Below the pieces are notes generated by a model that did no database searches, was not told where the DNA came from, and worked only from the letters and a program-made list of their open reading frames with translations. Below, piece after piece: positions 60,901 to 64,000 of a stretch of 64,000 nt of DNA (its first letter is position 1; each line of letters opens with the position of its first letter). The position numbers and the translations under genes are program-made. The DNA lies in assembly GCA_044892505.1 (NCBI GenBank), contig CM097883.1:134540001-134604000 (forward strand), written 5' to 3'. Source of the stretch: Schmidtea nova. Lineage: Eukaryota.

Positions 60901-63658
60901 TTTTGCAAAAATAATATATAAAATATCTAAAATAAAGGAAAATGAACATATTTCTAATGCAGACATCTCGGATATTACCTTTTTAAAGAAATACGTTTAC
61001 GAAGTACTGCTCTAAGGCATAAACTATCTTCCCCATCACATAAATATTTACTCTATCGTCATTTTGGATTCTTTTAATCCAAAGAAAACAAATTTAAAAA
61101 TTTTTCAATATAAGATTTTTTCTTATACAACTAGACTTCTTTTTAAATTCAAATTCTTTTTATATTATTACAATAAAATATTTTATAACACAAATTCTCG
61201 TAAGCAATATTCAATCAGCCACAAATTTATTGGCATTATTTAATTAGATCATTAATTCATAGCTGTTGCATCATTATCGGAATTTAAAAGAAAAGTTGAA
61301 AAAAATAAACATTTTGTTTATCATCTCCAGGTAACGCGTTTAACGCGGTTGTTAAACTAAAATTATTTTAAATGTTAGATAATTTTTTAACTCTTTCTAT
61401 TAACTTCCAATTTCTGTTTGTTTTCTTGTCAAACTTTGGATCGATTTTTAACCCACTTCCCGATATCCAATCGATTTGAAAATTTGCGAGCAGACTCGTG
61501 GTGGCCCACAAATTATTCCATTGAAAAATTGAAAAATTTTGAAACAATGTGATTTTTTAATTTACTGTTGCCAAGAAACTACCAAACAATGAAACAACAA
61601 AAAATTAACCGAGAACATGATAAAAAGAAAGAGTTACATTAAAAACTTGTTTTTATGGGTTCCTTTTTTTCAAAATATAATTAAATTTTTAACTTTTTTT
61701 CTTATTATAATTTTTTATATGTAAATTTTTAGTTTTATTTAACTCGGTTTTAGATAACACGGAACCAGTAAACCGCGTTAAATGAGGGTTGCATGTATTA
61801 GCTTGTGTGATTAATAAGTATCAATAATTTAGAGGTACCAAAATGTCAAGAAACAGCCTTATAGTTGTTTACATTATAATTTTAAAGATTTTAACAATGA
61901 AACAACAAAAAATTAACCGAGAACATGATAAAAAGAAAGAGTTACATTAAAATCTTGTTTTTATGGGTTCCTTTTTTTTCAAAATATAATTAAATTTTTA
62001 ACTTTTTTTCTTATTATAATTTTTTATATGTAAACTTTTAGTTTTATTTAACTCGGTTTTAGATAACACGGAACCAGTAAACCGCGTTAAATGAGGGTTG
62101 CATGTATTAGCTTGTGTGATTAATAAGTATCAATAATTTAGAGGTACCAAAATGTCAAGAAACAGCCTTATAGTTGTTTACATTATAATTTTAAAGATTT
62201 TAACAATGAAACAACAAAAAATTAACCGAGAACATGATAAAAAGAAAGAGTTACATTAAAATCTTGTTTTTATGGGTTCCTTTTTTTTCAAAATATAATT
62301 AAATTTTTAACTTTTTTTCTTATTATAATTTTTTATATGTAAACTTTTAGTTTTATTTAACTCGGTTTTAGATAACACGGAACCAGTAAACCGCGTTAAA
62401 TGAGGGTTGCATGTATTAGCTTGTGTGATTAATAAGTATCAATAATTTAGAGGTACCAAAATGTCAAGAAACAGCCTTATAGTTGTTTACATTATAATTT
62501 TAAAGATTTTAACAATGAAACAACAAAAAATTAACCGAGAACATGATAAAAAGAAAGAGTTACATTAAAAACTTGTTTTTATGGGTTCCTTTTTTTTCAA
62601 AATATAATTAAATTTTTAACTTTTTTTCTTATTATAATTTTTTATATGTAAACTTTTAGTTTTATTTAACTCGGTTTTAGATAACACGGAACCAGTAAAC
62701 CGCGTTAAACGAGGGTTGCATGTATTAGCTTGTGTGATTAATAAGTATTTATAATTTAGAGGTACCAAAATGTCAAGAAACAGCCTTATAGTTGTTTACA
62801 TTATAATTTTAAAGATTTTTCTAGTAGACATGGAGGAATGAAAAATCCGGGACCCCATGCTCACGCTGGAGACTTTAATATTGGTAATAGACAAATAAAA
62901 GAAAATTTAAATAAACACATAATATAGTGACATTATATAGCTTTATTACGGTAAAAACCCCTAATATGATAAATGGATTACTCGTTTTTGCAATAGGGTA
63001 TTTAGGAAGAAGATTCATGGTGGCAGAAAAAAATAAATTGGATTAAAAAGATTATTCAAATCTTTCAACTCCCTGAGGTTCTACAGACCAGAATAATTAT
63101 AGTGACACATTCAATGAAAGAGTGCATAATATTTAACGCTGATTAAAACAACAGAATGATGACGAAGGTTACCTCCTCAAATTATATTAATAATTTACTA
63201 ATTCAAACGACGTTTTATAAGTTCAGTAGTTTTTTATTTTGGCGTTGACTTAAAAGCTGTGTTGAATACTGAAAAGTATTTCTTTACTTTACCTTGACTG
63301 CATATAAATTTTGAGGGTCTTTCATAACCGTCCACCCAGTTGGCATGAATAAATCCGTCATCTTTCAGTTTCACTCGAGTCCTATCTAGACAGAAAATAT
63401 CTGAGTAGCGCGACTTTCTATAATTTTCCGGTAATCTAGAATCCAACCTTGGTATAATTATTTATAAACATTTACTCATTATACTAACAAGTTAATTTGG
63501 ACATCTTTCGCGTCAAATGTGAAATCTTTTAGGAGGGCATTGTATTCCTTCTCAAAACCTTGATAACCTCCAATAGCTTTCAGGTGGTCTCTAAATTCAT
63601 TTTTATTTAATCCATTTTTAATGTTGCTGAATAGAGAAAATGATTTCATAAATAATCG
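35120..63658 (-). CDS. PTPN9: Classical non-receptor protein-tyrosine phosphatase, PTPN9/PTP-MEG2-like (six exons; 296 aa from ATG 63649, may extend upstream)
   Basis: All five GT-AG junctions preserve frame. Motifs: KSRYSDIFCLDRTRVKL, FIHANWVDGY, CSQG|PM, IVMTT|KTVE, KCHQYWP, WPDHGVP, HCSAGIGRS|G, RSQRAHCVQTAEQY. CLDxTRVKL resembles MEG2 (recalled, not searched). Phosphatase identity is secure; the PTPN9 assignment is moderate. Confidence 0.88.
36375..37640 (+). mobile_element. Tc1 (DD34E) transposon copy 1, inactive
   Basis: TA-flanked ~60-bp imperfect TIRs starting CCC(C)GGCCTACCAAA. ATG at 36605; WSDQSRF, QQDNAP, then 34 residues to SPDLNPIE; internal deletions and stops. Confidence 0.92.
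37980..38640 (+). mobile_element. Possible gag-like remnant
   Basis: Stop-ridden frame KLKIQDLKSFDYLKERL...CVHYKK*GHFRHH (decayed zinc-knuckle-like); weak. Confidence 0.3.
38730..41534 (+). mobile_element. hAT-superfamily transposon remnant
   Basis: VVCRMTTVDGLRF...GKRFSLTFDERTSTRN..YLNI and QQLCFAHTIHLGVVDV; right terminus ...CTGGTATTGAATGCTCTA; left end decayed. Confidence 0.75.
40550..40750. mobile_element. Tc2/pogo-like MITE nested in the hAT
   Basis: TA|CCGTATTTT ... AAAATACGG|TA. Confidence 0.7.
41538..42048. mobile_element. hAT Charlie-like MITE 1 (contains a gap)
   Basis: CAGGGGTTCCGAACC ... GGTTGGGAATCCCTG; TSD CTCTAGAG / CTCTAAAG. Confidence 0.8.
42057..42243. mobile_element. hAT Charlie-like MITE 2
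   Basis: CAAGTCTGCACAAC ... ATTGTGCAAGTCTG; TSD CTCTAAAG / CTCTAGAA. Confidence 0.7.
43265..43445 (+). mobile_element. Retroviral-type aspartic protease remnant (Gypsy-like)
   Basis: GRLNINVIINSVKLVYLLDTGAKINVIDY...LRCANG; LDTGA at 43325-43339. Confidence 0.7.
43485..43662 (-). CDS. PTP exon 5 (WPD loop and HCSAGIGRS P-loop)
   Basis: Acceptor ttcag at 43664-43663; donor G|gtaacc at 43484. Confidence 0.95.
43717..43870 (-). CDS. PTP exon 4 (KCHQYWP)
   Basis: Acceptor tcattcag at 43872-43871; donor gtaaat at 43716; followed by a 54-bp intron. Confidence 0.92.
43960..45400 (+). mobile_element. piggyBac (PGBD-type) transposase remnant
   Basis: IDEQLF...PDKPNKF, GRNVTTDN, EVDMTDQMARKYS...RR*P...ILDLGAINA and a Cys-rich C-terminus (CCCKKYVCGKC...CKNC). 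Confidence 0.85.
44480..44810. mobile_element. Non-coding insertion splitting the piggyBac ORF (Helitron/HINE-like by inference)
   Basis: Transposase homology stops at ~44470 and resumes at ~44820; the insert has CAAAATTTGAAGTGAATCGG and a CACACACATATATATAG tract. Confidence 0.4.
45570..46961 (+). mobile_element. Tc1 (DD34E) transposon copy 2, right TIR truncated
   Basis: Collinear with 36375-37640; ATG at 45874 (MATRRELTDFQK); frameshifts and stops. Confidence 0.9.
47200..47720 (+). mobile_element. Decayed Penelope-like RT fragment
   Basis: GIDSP-IFAD, FTFELSKSKDKIPFLDIMV, PKFHKKIALLTEEINRA. Confidence 0.6.
48486..48564 (-). CDS. PTP exon 3, 79 nt (GPMDTTLHDFYEMIELQEIPIIVMTT); not in the ORF track
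   Basis: Acceptor tatttaag, donor AA|gtaaaa; phase 1 in and phase 2 out link exons 2 and 4 exactly. Confidence 0.92.
50290..51000. repeat. Degenerate ~110-bp minisatellite with an embedded (TA)n; related unit near 49960-50010
   Basis: GTATGACCATCATA, GGACCC(T/A)TTGA, GAAGGTT and GAATGATATA recur. Confidence 0.7.
51560..51830. mobile_element. Possible Helentron/HINE-like fragment
   Basis: GTAACAATGTCTGTCTGTCCGG tract typical of DINE-1/HINE-type elements; ends not defined. Confidence 0.35.
52091..52168. repeat. (TA)n microsatellite
   Basis: Direct reading. Confidence 0.95.
52536..53081. mobile_element. Tigger/pogo-like MITE
   Basis: TA|CAGTCAAATCTC ... GAGTGTTTACTG|TA. Confidence 0.65.
53199..53460 (-). 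repeat. Unknown coding-like repeat, copy 1 (copy 2 at 57547-57880)
   Basis: KKMDSNKDMQSATVEAQRKPRS..KKKKQFY vs KKMYSDIDLQPATVKALHKPRS..KKNKQFY. Confidence 0.55.
54424..55152 (-). pseudogene. Degenerate exon of an unknown Ser/Asn-rich protein, copy B
   Basis: ORFs 54692-54943 and 54452-54658 are one frame broken by a TAG; homologous to 7545-8326. Confidence 0.55.
55170..57577 (+). mobile_element. hAT Tip100-like (ZMYM1-like / DUF4371) transposase remnant with right end
   Basis: QNLSLRGH...GNLLSSLKLITQFDPLL..HL...YLSPQIQNEFI...DSTPDIAHREQMS..RYV; CESETRWSSR; hAT dimerisation region; terminus ...CCCCGTTCTG. Confidence 0.85.
57621..57880 (-). repeat. Unknown coding-like repeat, copy 2, with an internal ~47-bp duplication
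   Basis: See 53199-53460; GCAGAATTTAAAATTAGAG...GCATTTCAAA occurs twice. Confidence 0.55.
57921..57961. repeat. (TA)n at the end of the Penelope-derived repeat
   Basis: Direct reading. Confidence 0.95.
57962..58890 (-). mobile_element. Non-autonomous Penelope-derived repeat: two tandem GIY-YIG remnants plus a hammerhead-bearing 3' region
   Basis: VYIFKHHG*NATYIG[+1]KTARLLCIRVSEQ, then FKCHGRNATYFG[+1]KTDRLFCTRVLEH, then an AT-rich tail with a hammerhead, ending at (TA)n. Confidence 0.7.
58021..58061 (-). ncRNA. Minimal type I hammerhead ribozyme motif
   Basis: Minus strand reads GCAC-CUGAUGA-A-GAGAA(UUAAG)UUCUC-GAA-AUAUAU-U-GUGC. Stem I GCAC/GUGC, 5-bp stem II, palindromic stem III, AUU cleavage triplet. 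Confidence 0.8.
58940..60265 (+). mobile_element. BEL/Pao LTR retrotransposon pol remnant
   Basis: FWEVDNIG...LPNNRTLAEKRL..LEKRL; PHFPVV...TTKVRLVFDAS..NGISLND; FRFLW; NASPFLA; YMDD. Confidence 0.9.
60268..60490. mobile_element. Foldback MITE whose centre is a gap
   Basis: TTGTGT(A/G)GAAATGCCCAAAATAGTATGTTGTGTAAATGTTTTTG inverted on both sides of the N run, one mismatch. Confidence 0.55.
61585..62819. repeat. Four near-identical tandem copies of a 308-309-bp unit
   Basis: Units start at 61585, 61893, 62202 and 62511; a few diagnostic differences between copies. Confidence 0.95.
63293..63447 (-). CDS. PTP exon 2 (KSRY pTyr loop to CSQG)
   Basis: Acceptor taccaag at 63449-63448; donor G|gtaaag at 63292. 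Confidence 0.93.
63489..63658 (-). CDS. PTP exon 1 in window (MKSFSLFSNIKNGLNKNEFRDHLKAIGGYQGFEKEYNALL...)
   Basis: Open frame joined to exon 2 by a 41-bp gttagt...ccaag intron. Starts either at ATG 63649 or at the acceptor ttttcag at 63660-63659. Confidence 0.8.
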
Positions 63659-64000
63659 CTGAAAATTGATTAATAATTATTTTGATTAATTATTTTATCT
63701 TTAATTAAAACAATTAGTCTATTTGGTTTGTCGTTTTCTAAATGATATAAAATGCGGGGTAGATTTAGGGCTCGCTTTAGCTAGAAGCGGTAGATGCAAA
63801 GCATCTGGGCGCCTCTTGTAAATGGCGCTTAAAAATAGATTTTTAGTCTATCTAATTTGTCAAAAAACCGCTAAAAAATAATTTTTTTTAAAATAATACT
63901 CAGTTTTTATACAAAATTTTATTCGTTGTAGGTTATGTTATCTCTTCAAAAATCATAATATCAAATAAAATATATTTTTATCAAAAACAGTACCGAAAAT

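Noticed and set aside
61585-62819. CRISPR interpretation of this or any tandem array
   Set aside because: Contiguous identical units without unique spacers, no cas genes, eukaryotic context.
63740-63835. Locally GC-richer patch upstream of the PTP as a promoter
   Set aside because: No diagnostic motif set, and the gene's true 5' end is unknown.

Overview
AT-rich (roughly 25-30% GC by eye) eukaryotic, almost certainly animal, draft scaffold with many N gaps; the species cannot be determined from the sequence. There are two convergent, intron-split host genes. (1) On the minus strand is a complete classical protein-tyrosine phosphatase domain, PTPN9/MEG2-like. I reconstructed six exons (63658/63649-63489, 63447-63293, 48564-48486, 43870-43717, 43662-43485, 35283-35120). 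From the ATG at 63649 the CDS is 891 nt, and the introns are 41, 14728, 4615, 54 and 8201 bp. (2) On the plus strand is the transmembrane end and NPxY-bearing tail of a single-pass receptor (exons <1-8, 78-247, 312-480). The Ser-rich exon 12281-12725 and a terminal exon 23792-24090 probably belong to the same gene. Most of the rest is decayed mobile DNA: Penelope-like, Ty3/Gypsy and BEL/Pao retroelements, solo LTRs, Tc1, hAT and piggyBac remnants, many MITEs with visible TSDs, and mini- and microsatellites. The most interesting items are a minimal hammerhead ribozyme in a non-autonomous Penelope-derived repeat lying sense to the PTP pre-mRNA, a frameshift shared by three GIY-YIG remnants, stacked MITE insertions at one target site, two dead copies of an unknown exon, and a 4x 309-bp array that spans a MITE end. 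I see no CRISPR array, rRNA or intact tRNA, and no clearly new multi-gene system.
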